Shown here: positions 38,653 through 48,550 of the stretch, one piece after another
How the letters are laid out: every line of letters starts with the position of its first letter
How positions within the stretch are numbered: position 1 is the stretch's first letter
Assembly (NCBI GenBank): GCA_965552135.1
Contig: CBEVQY010000005.1
Span: forward strand, 21,391 to 85,390
DNA: 64,000 nucleotides
Direction: 5' to 3'
Origin: an uncultured bacterium
GTDB taxonomy: Bacteria > UBP14 > UBA6098 > B30-G16
Made by a program: the position numbers and the translations under genes
Notes under the pieces: generated by a model
What the model was told of the DNA's origin: nothing
Databases searched by the model: none
Seen by the model: only the letters and a program-made list of their open reading frames with translations

Positions 38653-39477
38653 TCAAAGCGTAAAAAGCAGCCCCGCCGAAAGCTCCTGTGCAAGCTGAAC
38701 CTTGCGGCACACGTCGGGATCGTACCTGAGCTTAAGAGATGCGCCGAGCGAGAACACGCTTGCCACTTTGGCGACAACCTCCGCCGCAAGTTCGGCTTTG
38801 ACGCCGCCTTCGTAGACGAAGAGCCTCGCCTCGCCCTGGGCGGATGCACCTTCGCCAAGCCCACCCCTAAAGCCCGAGACGACCTCGAGCCCGATGTCGT
38901 TGCGGAGCTTCTCCACAGCCTCCGTTGTCGGGTCGTCGGAATACTGCGTGAAGCGGCGGGTGACGACCTGCCTTGCGGCAACCCCAACGCGCCCCGAAAA
39001 GCCGCCGAAGGCAGCCATAACCCCCGCGCCCTCCTGAAGGTAGAGCGGGTCGAACGCGCCCGAGAGCTGAACCCTCACGGTCTCCGAGTAACTGTATCCC
39101 GGGGCGAATTGGGTCAGCAGGCGAAGGGCGAGGTAGGGTTCAACAACGCTCCTGCGCGCCTTGCGTGATGCCACCACCTCCAGCGAAAGCTCGTCGGCGT
39201 GCTTGCGGAACTCGCCGCCCGCGTAAAGCTGACCAAAGCTTGCACCCAAAGCGCACAAAACGACCGCACCAAAACGGTGGGCGAAGACTACCTCCCCATC
39301 GAGGGAGAGGATCCACCAGAATGAGTCCTCTCCGCCGGAGAGCCAGTTTTCGTACTGCGCCTGTCCCACCGAGGCGGACAGCGTTGCGGTGTGCGCGACC
39401 TCCCAGCCGCCAGCGCGCACAGCACTCAAAAGCACAACCAAAAGGAAAAAGCCGAAAAACAACCAGCGAGACACCAT
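38653..39477 (-). CDS. DUF3078-like outer membrane beta-barrel protein
   Basis: Signal peptide, Q..YENW.SGGE, TQFAPGY, F.P.YLQE, LRYD; GGAGG RBS. Confidence 0.75.
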   Translation of the reverse strand: MVSRWLFFGFFLLVVLLSAVRAGGWEVAHTATLSASVGQAQYENWLSGGEDSFWWILSLDGEVVFAHRFGAVVLCALGASFGQLYAGGEFRKHADELSLEVVASRKARRSVVEPYLALRLLTQFAPGYSYSETVRVQLSGAFDPLYLQEGAGVMAAFGGFSGRVGVAARQVVTRRFTQYSDDPTTEAVEKLRNDIGLEVVSGFRGGLGEGASAQGEARLFVYEGGVKAELAAEVVAKVASVFSLGASLKLRYDPDVCRKVQLAQELSAGLLFTL

Positions 39478-39599
39478 AAAACCTCCTTCGGCATGAGAAG
39501 GACATTTTACACCCATCGCTCCCTTGATGAAAGACTTTGATGCTTGACAAAGGTGGGCGCAAGCCCAATATTGGCGTCGCAGGAAGCCAGGAGGGGGTG

Positions 39600-41132
39600 A
39601 TGGCTGTAGTTCTGGACGGCAAGAGCCTGACGATAGAGGACTTCGTTGCCGTTGCGCGCGGCGGCGAGAAAGTCGAGGTTGCGCCCGAAGCCTGGGAGCG
39701 GATAAAAAAGTGCCGGGCGTTGCTGGACGAAAAGGTCGAGAAGCGCGAGGTGATGTACGGCGTGACCACCGGCATCGGAGAGCTTTCGGAGGTGGTGCTC
39801 ACGCCCGAGGAGGCAAAGAGGTTCCAGAGATATCTCATCTACTCCCACGCCGCCGGCTACGGCGAGCCTATGGCGATCGACGACGCGAGGGGCGCGATCC
39901 TCTCGAGGATAAACGTTCTGTGCAACGGCAGAAGCGGCATAAGACCCGTCGTCGTCGAGCGGATGGTGGAGCTTTTGAACAAGGGCGTGACGCCCGTTAT
40001 GTACCAGCACGGCAGCGTGGGCGCCTGCGGAGACCTCTCACCGATGTCGCAGTTCGCGCTTGTGCTTATGGGCGAGGGCGAGGCGTTCTACGAGGGCGAG
40101 ATCCTGCCGGCAGCCGAAGCGCTTAAGCGCGCCGGAATAGAACCCGTCGAGTTCCGCGAACGCGACGGACTCGCGTGCATAAACGGGTCAAACTGCATAA
40201 CGTCGATGGGAGCGCTTCAACTCTACGACACCGAGCGCCTCATAAAGAACAGCGAGATCGCAGCCGCTATGACCCTCGAGGTCCTGAACGCGCAGATGAA
40301 AGCCTACGACGAGCGCCTCCACAAGGAGCGCGGCTTCCCCGGGGCGGTCGAGTGCGCAGCAAACATACGGAGGATCGTCGAGGGCTCGGAGCTCCTCTAC
40401 GGCGGTGTTTTGGGCAAAAAGCGCGTGCAGGACGCCTACAGCCTCCGCAGCACGCCACAGGTCGTCGGCGCCGCAAGGGACGCCCTGAAGTGGGCGAAGG
40501 AGCAGTTCCTCATCGAGCTCAACGGCGTCGGCGACAACCCCCTCTTCTTCCCGGACGAAAAGGAGGTCCTAACCGGCGCAAACTTCCAGGGAACGCCGCT
40601 CGCGTTCCCGCTGGAGCTCGTCGGAATAGCCGTGACAACCATAGGCGTCCTGAGCGAACGCAGAACAAACCGCCTTATGAACCCTCACCTCTCCTGCGGG
40701 CTGCCGCCGTTTCTGACCAAAGGCGCAGGGATGATGAGCGGACTTATGCTCACCCAATACACGGCTGGGATGCTCGTAGCCGAGTGTAGGGTGCTTTCGC
40801 ATCCTGCGGCAACGCTTTCGGTCCCCGCTGCCGCAGACCAGGAGGATTTCGTGTCGATGGGAATGACCACAGCGATAAAGACCAAAAAGATAATAGAGCA
40901 CACGGCGGCTGTGATAGGGATCGAGATGCTCGCTGCCGCACAGGCGCTCGACTTCAGAAAACCCCACAAGCCGGGAAAAGGCACACAGGCAGCCTACGAG
41001 GTCATAAGGCAGCACGTGCCGTTCCTGGAGGAGGACAGACCGACCTACAAATACATAAACAAGATGGCGGAGCTTGTGCGAAGCGGCGAGATCCTCGCCG
41101 CCGTCGAGGACGCCGTCGGAAAGCTCGAGTAG
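39600..41132 (+). CDS. hutH: Histidine ammonia-lyase-family (MIO) enzyme with a variant Ala-Cys-Gly
   Basis: MYGVTTGIG, YSHAAG, GSVGACGDL, QDAYSLR, DNP, QEDFVSM. Confidence 0.85.
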   Translation: MAVVLDGKSLTIEDFVAVARGGEKVEVAPEAWERIKKCRALLDEKVEKREVMYGVTTGIGELSEVVLTPEEAKRFQRYLIYSHAAGYGEPMAIDDARGAILSRINVLCNGRSGIRPVVVERMVELLNKGVTPVMYQHGSVGACGDLSPMSQFALVLMGEGEAFYEGEILPAAEALKRAGIEPVEFRERDGLACINGSNCITSMGALQLYDTERLIKNSEIAAAMTLEVLNAQMKAYDERLHKERGFPGAVECAANIRRIVEGSELLYGGVLGKKRVQDAYSLRSTPQVVGAARDALKWAKEQFLIELNGVGDNPLFFPDEKEVLTGANFQGTPLAFPLELVGIAVTTIGVLSERRTNRLMNPHLSCGLPPFLTKGAGMMSGLMLTQYTAGMLVAECRVLSHPAATLSVPAAADQEDFVSMGMTTAIKTKKIIEHTAAVIGIEMLAAAQALDFRKPHKPGKGTQAAYEVIRQHVPFLEEDRPTYKYINKMAELVRSGEILAAVEDAVGKLE

Positions 41133-41135
41133 GTT

Positions 41136-42293
41136 ATGACAGACAGGTTCACCTCCGAGCGCGTCAAAAGCTTGGGCGGGTATACCTTCGCCCAGCTCGA
41201 CGAGCTTAAGGCAGCTGTGGCGCGAAGGCACACCGTGATCGATATGGGTGTGGGTGACCCCGACCTCCCACCGCCGCCCGTGGTGCAGGGAGCACTCGTT
41301 GCCGCACTAAGCCCAACACAAAACCACCGCTACCCATCCTACCAAGGAGAACGCTTTCTGCGCGAAAGCATAGCCAGGTTCTTCCTCAACCGGTACAGGG
41401 TCAAGCTCGACCCGGACGAAAACATCCTCGTCCTTGTGGGCTCGAAGGAGGGGATATTCCACCTTCCGCTCGCTGTCCTCAACCCCGGCGACGTGGGGGC
41501 ATACACATCGCCCGGCTACCCCGTCTACCGCGCTGGGATTTTGTGCGCAGGCGCCACACCTGCCGAAATCCCACTTGCGGAGGAGAGGAGCTTCGTATTC
41601 GACCCCAAAGAGGTCCCAAAGGGAACAAGGCTCCTTTTCGTCAACTATCCCAACAACCCGACGACGGCGGTTGTGGGAGTCGATTTTTGGCGCGCGCTTG
41701 TGGATGAGGCTCACCGCCGCGGCTTCATAATCGCAAACGACGCAGCTTACGCCGAAATCTACTTCAACGAGCCACCCCGCTCGATCCTCGAGGTCCCCGG
41801 CGCCGGCGACGTCGCCGTGGAGTTCCACTCGCTTTCGAAAACGTTCTCGATGAGCGGATGGCGCATTGGCTTCGTCGTCGGCAACAGCAACGTTGTGGCT
41901 GCGCTGGGCGCCCTCAAAAAGCACGTCGACTCCGGCGTGTTCAAACCGATCCAAAGCGCGGCTAAATCCGCCCTCGACGCATACTGGGAGCTTTCCGGAT
42001 CCCTCCGCAAAATCTACCGCAGACGGGTGGAGACCTGGATCTCCGCCCTCAGGCGCGCCGGGATAGCTGCGTACAACTTCGGCGCAACGTTCTACGTCTG
42101 GGCGAAGGTGCCACCCAGGTTCCAAAGCTCGCAGGAGTTCGCGAAGACGCTCCTTGAGAAAGCCGGGATCGTCTGCATGCCCGGGGTGTCTATGGGGAAA
42201 GCCGGGGAGGGGTTCGTCAGGTTCTCGCTCACACTGCCCGACGAAAAGCTCGAAGAGGCGACAAGGAGAATCGAGACAATCAGGTCGTGTTAA
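41136..42293 (+). CDS. PLP-dependent class I/II aminotransferase (LL-DAP aminotransferase-like)
   Basis: MGVGDPD, GSKEGI, NYPNNPT, DAAY, SLSKTFSMSGWRIG. Confidence 0.9.
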   Translation: MTDRFTSERVKSLGGYTFAQLDELKAAVARRHTVIDMGVGDPDLPPPPVVQGALVAALSPTQNHRYPSYQGERFLRESIARFFLNRYRVKLDPDENILVLVGSKEGIFHLPLAVLNPGDVGAYTSPGYPVYRAGILCAGATPAEIPLAEERSFVFDPKEVPKGTRLLFVNYPNNPTTAVVGVDFWRALVDEAHRRGFIIANDAAYAEIYFNEPPRSILEVPGAGDVAVEFHSLSKTFSMSGWRIGFVVGNSNVVAALGALKKHVDSGVFKPIQSAAKSALDAYWELSGSLRKIYRRRVETWISALRRAGIAAYNFGATFYVWAKVPPRFQSSQEFAKTLLEKAGIVCMPGVSMGKAGEGFVRFSLTLPDEKLEEATRRIETIRSC

Positions 42294-42381
42294 AGCGCCG
42301 ACCCGCAGGTAAATTAAATTGCACACAACCTTCCCCTAACGTATCTTAGATTCAAATCAAAAAACAGAAGGGGGATGCTCC

Positions 42382-45300
42382 ATGAAAGCGTGCAGGCTTC
42401 GTTTATGTGGGTGGTTTTTGCTCCTTTTGGCTTCGGCGGCTTACCCTTTTTCGCTCAAGTGGTTCTACCCCGAAGCCATCCCCGTCGACACGATAATCGA
42501 CATCTTTTACGACAGGATGCTCTATGGCTCATCGGCTGCGCTTGTTGATCTTCCTGGCGTAAACTCCGTCGGAACCGACCCGGACGACTGGCTCGAGATC
42601 GTTATAGGCAGCGACGAATACATAAACTGCGAGGATCCCTCCGACAGCTCCCAGGGCGTTTGGCGCTGCCTGGACGCGCAGGGAAACCTCGAGTGGTTTC
42701 GCGGCACGGGCACAGATGAATCCAGAAGCTCACCCGCAGTCATCGACTTCTACGGAGGCGACGGACTCCCCGACATCATTGGCGGAACGACGAGCGGGTG
42801 GAACGTGGAGGCAATGGACAGATTTGGCAACTTTCTTTGGACCTTCCCCACTCCCCCTTTCCTGAACGGTCCCTTTGCCTGGCACTCGTCGCCGGCGGTG
42901 GCTGATCTCGTGCCTGATCTTCCGGGGCTTGAGGTCGTCATAGGTTGCAACGCCAGCGCGGGCATCGTGACCCACTTCGGGATGTGGTGCTTTCAGGCTG
43001 ATCCATCCGACGGCGCCGACGACGGGATCACCTCCCCCGGCTGGAGCGATTACCCCGACGCGCCCGGCGGAACCGACGGCGTCGACTGGGACGTGCTCTG
43101 GTACTACCCCACCGATTGTCCCGTCATCTCGACCCCGTGCGTCGTTGACGTCGACGCAGACGGCTTCCTCGACGTCGTCTTCGGCGTCGGGCACACGCCG
43201 GATTTCATCGGCAGCGACTGCGGGAAGGTAATCTGCCTCGACGGGCGGGACGGATCGCTTAAGTGGGAGTACGGAACGGCCGGCAGGGTTCCCGGCTCCG
43301 CCGCTGCCGCCGACTTCGACGGCGACGGCGACTACGAGATCGTGATAGGCTCCACCGACGGTAGCCTCCACTTCATCGACGGCGACGAGGACGGCGACGG
43401 GACGATATCCGGCGCCGAGGTTAGCAGCTTTGCCCACGGCGGCGCGATATACTCCTCGCCCGCCATAGGCGACGTCGACGGCGACGGTGAGCTTGAGGTC
43501 GTCGCTGCGATCGGAAACGGATACCTCAAGGTCTTCCACTACACCCCAGCCGACGGCTACAGCCTCGAGTGGTACGTCCACCTCGGCGACTCGATCCTCT
43601 CCTCCCCCGCGCTTGCCGGATATTACTACGACCCGCAACCCTGGCCCTTCTTCAGGCACGACGTTATGCGCACGGGATTCTACCCCTACACCGGCAGCGT
43701 GCTCCACATATTCGTCGCCGCCGACAGGGACAGCCAGGCTTTTCTCTACGACATCCTCGGAGACGGAACCGTTGTCGATTCGGTCCGGATAGGCATGAAG
43801 GTCTACGCCTCGCCCGTCGTAGCCGACATTGACAAGGACTGCGAGCTTGATCTCGTGATAACCGGTGCAAACTCGAGCTCAAGCATCATACCGGGCCTTG
43901 AGCTTGAGGGACCCGACACGATATTCTGCTTCGGCACTGGAATACCCGTCCACGGATGCGAGCCTGTGGAGTTCCATCCACACATAGCGGAGGTCTACAC
44001 CGAGGGCTGCTCGCTGGTTTACGCCACGGTTTGCGTTTACGATGAGGACTCGAACTACGTCCGCGGGCTTGATATATCGAACTTCGGCTTCACCGAAAAC
44101 GGCATCCCCATAGTTCCGCCGCGGCTTGAGCTTTTGAACGAATGCCCGCCGGAGACAGCCAAAGTCGATATAGTCCTGCTTTTGGACTTCTCGACGAGCA
44201 TGGACGACGAGGTTTCGCTTCTGGTTGCGCACGTTCCCGAGTTCATAGCGGCACTAAGCGACGTCGACTTCAGGATAGCGATAATCGTCTTCAACGGCTG
44301 CCCCGCCGAGCCGGACGGGGTTTGCGTTAACGTCAAAACGTACTTCAGCGGACCCCTCGCCTGCACGCTCGACTTCTCCGGACCTGATCGATGGGCGACG
44401 AACCTCGTCGACGCCGAGTGCCTGTTCGAAGCGGCGATGGAGATGTACACCTGGCCACCCTCCGAGAGGGGCTCCGGCTACGAGGATCAGTTCGGCGCAA
44501 TCGTCAGAGCCCTAAGCTGGCTCGACTTCAGACCGGAGGCGCAGAAGGTCTTCGTCCTTATGACCGACGAGCGCCCCATCGTCAACGACGAATACTGCTC
44601 CCCCGCCTGGGGCGAAACGCCCACCGTCACAATGGCTTACCCGCCCGACTCCATCATCGCGTTCTGCCGGGAGGAGAGCATCATAGTCATCCCCGTCACC
44701 CCGGAGGACGGGGATTTTGCGTACGCCTGGTTCGAGGACCCCGCAAGAGCCTACTACACGGGCTACTACGAGCTTGGCGACTCGACGGGGGGCGCGTGGT
44801 TCAACCTCTACTCCGACGACTGGAGCGAGCTTGTGACCGCGATCGCGGAGGAGATAGCGGCGGATTCCTGCTGCTATCAGTTCGTTTGGCGCGAAACGCT
44901 CTTCTGCACCGACACGATCCACCTCGAGGTCACAGTGTTCGACACAGGCGGCACCTTCGGCACCGACGACACCACATACCCCGCCCTCTGCCCGCCGCAG
45001 CTTGAGATATCGATGCCCGCTCCGTGCGGCGGCATAACCACGTGCTCAGGGCAGGGGTTTGTGTATGTGTACCTCAACCCCGAGGACGGCGCACTGGTCG
45101 AGTCGACGCTCGTTCTTGTGGTAAACGGCGACACGATAACGGCAGCCGACTCCGGCGTGGTCGTCTCCGAAAGCGGCGTGTCGTACTTCCCGCCCGAGCC
45201 GTGGGAGCACGGCGACACGGTCGTCTTTGAGCTTGCGAGGATCGAGAACGAGTTTGGCTGCGCGGCGTCTGCTCCGCCGTGCTCGTTCGTGGTCGACCTC

Positions 45301-47571
45301 GTTCCGCCCGAGGTGCTCTCGCCAACGCCGGCGCCAGGCGAAACCCTCGCAACGACGGACATCGTCGTCTCGGCGATCCTGTTCGACGACTTCTCGGGCG
45401 TCGACACGGCGGCGTTCGGCGCCGAAAACGTCATAATAACACTCGGACCCGACACGATCCCGTTCGATTCAATACATTTCGCAGACAGCCTCCGCTTCGT
45501 CGTCGATGGGCTTGTGCTGCCCGGCGACGGACACTACACCATGTGCGTAAACGACCTCGACGACTCCCCCGACTACGACTACTGCCCGCCCAACCACCTC
45601 GAGCAGTGGTGCTGGGACTTCTTCGTGGTGACGGTGGTAAGGCACGTCTGGTTCGGCGACAGCTGCGCCCACCCATGCGACACAGCGTACATCCCCCTTG
45701 TGATCGACAGCTTAAGCGGCGCAAGATACGGCTCCATCGACGTATGGTTCCACTGCGACTTCGACCTCCTCATCCCCGTTGGTGTAGGGACGTCGTCTGT
45801 CGTCGCCCCCATTGGAGACTGGCAGCTTGAGGAGGTCGTCCCCGACTCTCTGTGGCACATGAGGATCGAGTGGGCAGATACGGTGACCGACTCGCCCGGA
45901 GGCGTCGTCGCCTGGCTTTTGGCTCTGACGAACTGCAACGCCCGCGGCGGAGACTTCACGCCCGTCGTGATAGACAGCGCGGCGATAAACGCCGGCTACC
46001 CGAAGGTGACCTGGGACTACGGCTTCTTCTACGCGCTTTGGCGGATTGGACCTTGGTTGCACGACATCGTCGTTCAGCGCGTTGGCGACACCACAAGGCG
46101 CGTCCTCGCCATAGGCGCGGCATCGGGGGCAACGAAGGGATACGACCCAACATACGACCTCCTCTACATCGAGCCGCCGCCGACGGAGGTGGACGCCTAC
46201 ATCGTTATATCGGACACCGCGCACCCGTCGGTCACAAAGCTTAAAAGGGACGTCCAGGGGTTCGACCTGCCCGACAGATGGGTCATAAGGACCGACACCG
46301 AAACCCTCGCCGTCGTCCACTGGAACCCATACCACCTGCCCGAGGGGAGGCTTATGCTCAACGGCATCGTCAACATGAAGCTTGAAACGCTGTACGTCTG
46401 GCGCACAAGCGAGATCGACTCCGTCGTGATCGAGTGGTATCTGCCCGAGCTTGGAAGGAACGACGTGCACATCGCAAGGGGCTGGAACCTGATATCCCTC
46501 CCCTACGTTCCGACGCACCACAGCGCCGAGGATATTTTCCCGGGCTGCATCGGCGCGTGGTCGTACGACGCCCTGAGCGGAACCTACTTCTACGCCGAGC
46601 AGCTCGACAAGGGCGTCGGATACTGGCTCTACTCCCTCGTCGACACGGTCTACCCGATGGCGGGCACGCCCGTTGTGGAGTACAACCGCGCCCTCTACCC
46701 GGGCTGGAACCTCGTGGGCGCACTTGCAGAACCAACAGACGTTGACGATGCCTGCACCGTCCCAGACGGGCTGCTTGTGCCACCGCTTTTCGGATACACA
46801 GAGGGGGTGGGCTACTACCCCGAGTCGAGCACGCTTGAGCCCGGCAGGGGCTACTGGGCGCTTTCGCTTGGCGAGGGCATTCTCTCCGTTCCCAGCGGTG
46901 GGCTTTACTGCCGGACGGCGCCCAAGCCTGCGCCCGAGTGGACCGCCACCGTCGAGCTCTCCTACCCTTCAGGCAGGGTTGAGACGCTGGAGTTTGGCTG
47001 GTCGCCGCAGGCTTCGGAGGGCATCGACGGCGCAGACGAAGCCCTCCCGCCACAGCTGCCCGACAGAACAAAGCTCCACGCCGCGCAGTTCAGGCGCGAG
47101 GTGTTCGAGCTTGCGAGGGACATCTCGCCGAGGCTCGAGTGGTGGCTCGAGATCGACTCCGCCGCTGCCGCAACGTTCGCCCTGCCCGAAGGGGTCAGGA
47201 TCATCCTTACAGCGCCGGACGGCGATATGTTCGAGCTTGCGGGCACAAGGCAGATCAGGCTCGAGGAGGGGGTGTACAGGCTCTCCTCGCCGCAGCTTGC
47301 TGCACTGCCCGAGCTCGCCCTTATGCCGAACCACCCGAACCCGTTCAACGCCGTAACGGAAATACCGTTTTCACTGCCAAGGCGTGAGCACGTAAGGCTC
47401 TGCGTGAAAGACGTCCTCGGCAGGGTTGTGGACGTCCTTTTCGACGGTGAGCTTGACCCCGGCTACCACAGCGCCCTCTGGGACGGTTCGCGCCAGCCGT
47501 CGGGGATATACCTGATCGAGCTTGCAACACCAACCGACAGGTGCTTTATGCGAGTGCTTTTGGTCAAGTAG
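42382..47571 (+). CDS. Large secreted multidomain protein: FG-GAP-like propeller, VWA, Ig/cohesin-like, PNPFN C-terminal domain
   Basis: Signal peptide; repeated SSPAxxDxDGDG; DFSTS MIDAS motif and LMTDE; GWNL repeats; NHPNPFN..WDG..PSGIY. Confidence 0.85.
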   Translation: MKACRLRLCGWFLLLLASAAYPFSLKWFYPEAIPVDTIIDIFYDRMLYGSSAALVDLPGVNSVGTDPDDWLEIVIGSDEYINCEDPSDSSQGVWRCLDAQGNLEWFRGTGTDESRSSPAVIDFYGGDGLPDIIGGTTSGWNVEAMDRFGNFLWTFPTPPFLNGPFAWHSSPAVADLVPDLPGLEVVIGCNASAGIVTHFGMWCFQADPSDGADDGITSPGWSDYPDAPGGTDGVDWDVLWYYPTDCPVISTPCVVDVDADGFLDVVFGVGHTPDFIGSDCGKVICLDGRDGSLKWEYGTAGRVPGSAAAADFDGDGDYEIVIGSTDGSLHFIDGDEDGDGTISGAEVSSFAHGGAIYSSPAIGDVDGDGELEVVAAIGNGYLKVFHYTPADGYSLEWYVHLGDSILSSPALAGYYYDPQPWPFFRHDVMRTGFYPYTGSVLHIFVAADRDSQAFLYDILGDGTVVDSVRIGMKVYASPVVADIDKDCELDLVITGANSSSSIIPGLELEGPDTIFCFGTGIPVHGCEPVEFHPHIAEVYTEGCSLVYATVCVYDEDSNYVRGLDISNFGFTENGIPIVPPRLELLNECPPETAKVDIVLLLDFSTSMDDEVSLLVAHVPEFIAALSDVDFRIAIIVFNGCPAEPDGVCVNVKTYFSGPLACTLDFSGPDRWATNLVDAECLFEAAMEMYTWPPSERGSGYEDQFGAIVRALSWLDFRPEAQKVFVLMTDERPIVNDEYCSPAWGETPTVTMAYPPDSIIAFCREESIIVIPVTPEDGDFAYAWFEDPARAYYTGYYELGDSTGGAWFNLYSDDWSELVTAIAEEIAADSCCYQFVWRETLFCTDTIHLEVTVFDTGGTFGTDDTTYPALCPPQLEISMPAPCGGITTCSGQGFVYVYLNPEDGALVESTLVLVVNGDTITAADSGVVVSESGVSYFPPEPWEHGDTVVFELARIENEFGCAASAPPCSFVVDLVPPEVLSPTPAPGETLATTDIVVSAILFDDFSGVDTAAFGAENVIITLGPDTIPFDSIHFADSLRFVVDGLVLPGDGHYTMCVNDLDDSPDYDYCPPNHLEQWCWDFFVVTVVRHVWFGDSCAHPCDTAYIPLVIDSLSGARYGSIDVWFHCDFDLLIPVGVGTSSVVAPIGDWQLEEVVPDSLWHMRIEWADTVTDSPGGVVAWLLALTNCNARGGDFTPVVIDSAAINAGYPKVTWDYGFFYALWRIGPWLHDIVVQRVGDTTRRVLAIGAASGATKGYDPTYDLLYIEPPPTEVDAYIVISDTAHPSVTKLKRDVQGFDLPDRWVIRTDTETLAVVHWNPYHLPEGRLMLNGIVNMKLETLYVWRTSEIDSVVIEWYLPELGRNDVHIARGWNLISLPYVPTHHSAEDIFPGCIGAWSYDALSGTYFYAEQLDKGVGYWLYSLVDTVYPMAGTPVVEYNRALYPGWNLVGALAEPTDVDDACTVPDGLLVPPLFGYTEGVGYYPESSTLEPGRGYWALSLGEGILSVPSGGLYCRTAPKPAPEWTATVELSYPSGRVETLEFGWSPQASEGIDGADEALPPQLPDRTKLHAAQFRREVFELARDISPRLEWWLEIDSAAAATFALPEGVRIILTAPDGDMFELAGTRQIRLEEGVYRLSSPQLAALPELALMPNHPNPFNAVTEIPFSLPRREHVRLCVKDVLGRVVDVLFDGELDPGYHSALWDGSRQPSGIYLIELATPTDRCFMRVLLVK

Positions 47572-47573
47572 AG

Positions 47574-48368
47574 ATGGGCGCGAAGATCCACAGGACCGCT
47601 ATAGTCGAGCCCGGCGCCTGCCTGGGCGAGGGGGTTCGGATATGCGAATACGCCATCGTAAGGAGCGGCGCGATAATAGGCGATGATGTGGAGATCGGTC
47701 CATACGTTCAGATAGCGGGGTCGGTGCGCATAGGCTCGGGGACGAGGATATTCCAGGGTGCTGCGATAGGTCTTCCCCCGCAGGACCTCAAATACGGCGG
47801 CGAGCCCACAGAGCTTATCATAGGCAGCGGGAACACCATACGCGAGTTCGTCACGATCCACCGCGGCACGGCGGGCGGCGGAGGGAAAACGACGATAGGG
47901 AACGACAACCTGATAATGGCCTACGCCCACATCGCCCACGACTGCATCGTTGGCGACGGCGTTGTCATCGCCAACGGCGTGCAGCTTGGCGGACACGTCA
48001 CAGTCGAGGATGGGGTCGTGATAGGCGGGCTTGCGGGGGTGCATCAGTTCGTCAGGATAGGCGCGTTTGCGATGGTTGGCGCGCTTTCGTACGTTAACCA
48101 GGACGTGATGCCCTTTGCGCTTGTCTCGGGCAATCCCGCAAGCGTGCGCGACGTAAACAGGGTGGGCATGAGGCGCCACGGCTTCGAAAGCGAGGAGATC
48201 GACGCGGCAAGGAGGGCGATAATAACCATAGCCCGCTCGGCTCTTTCAACCGAAAACGCCCTCGCCGCCGTCCGCGAAAGGTTCCCATCCTCGCCGGCCG
48301 TGAAGCGCATACTGGACTTCGTCACATCGGGCAGCCGACGCGGCATAATGCGAGGCAAAAAAGGATAG
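47574..48368 (+). CDS. lpxA: UDP-N-acetylglucosamine acyltransferase
   Basis: Hexapeptide repeats, PQDLKY, IREFVTIHRGT, HIAHDC, HQF. Confidence 0.95.
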   Translation: MGAKIHRTAIVEPGACLGEGVRICEYAIVRSGAIIGDDVEIGPYVQIAGSVRIGSGTRIFQGAAIGLPPQDLKYGGEPTELIIGSGNTIREFVTIHRGTAGGGGKTTIGNDNLIMAYAHIAHDCIVGDGVVIANGVQLGGHVTVEDGVVIGGLAGVHQFVRIGAFAMVGALSYVNQDVMPFALVSGNPASVRDVNRVGMRRHGFESEEIDAARRAIITIARSALSTENALAAVRERFPSSPAVKRILDFVTSGSRRGIMRGKKG

Positions 48369-48408
48369 CACATCAAACTCAACGGGTTGTGGAAAAATCT
48401 CTCGAGGA

Positions 48409-48424
48409 GTACAATATCTTGTGT
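48409..48424. promoter_or_regulatory. NrdR box upstream of the RNR gene
   Basis: GTACAATATCTTGTGT resembles the acaCwATATwGtgt consensus; a TTGACG..AATAAT promoter-like pair follows. Confidence 0.7.
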
Positions 48425-48550
48425 TTTTTTCCCTTGACGGCGGCGACTCAAGGACAATAATTTTTCCTCCGCCGAGTCCTTCCGCTCGGTTCCGAGAAAG
48501 AGGGGAGTTTGGGCAAAGCGACAGGTTTCGTCTTGCGAGGGAGGGTATCG

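Noticed and set aside
48462..48550. Cobalamin riboswitch upstream of the B12-dependent RNR
   Set aside because: Too short and lacks the conserved GGGAA and GCCACTG elements
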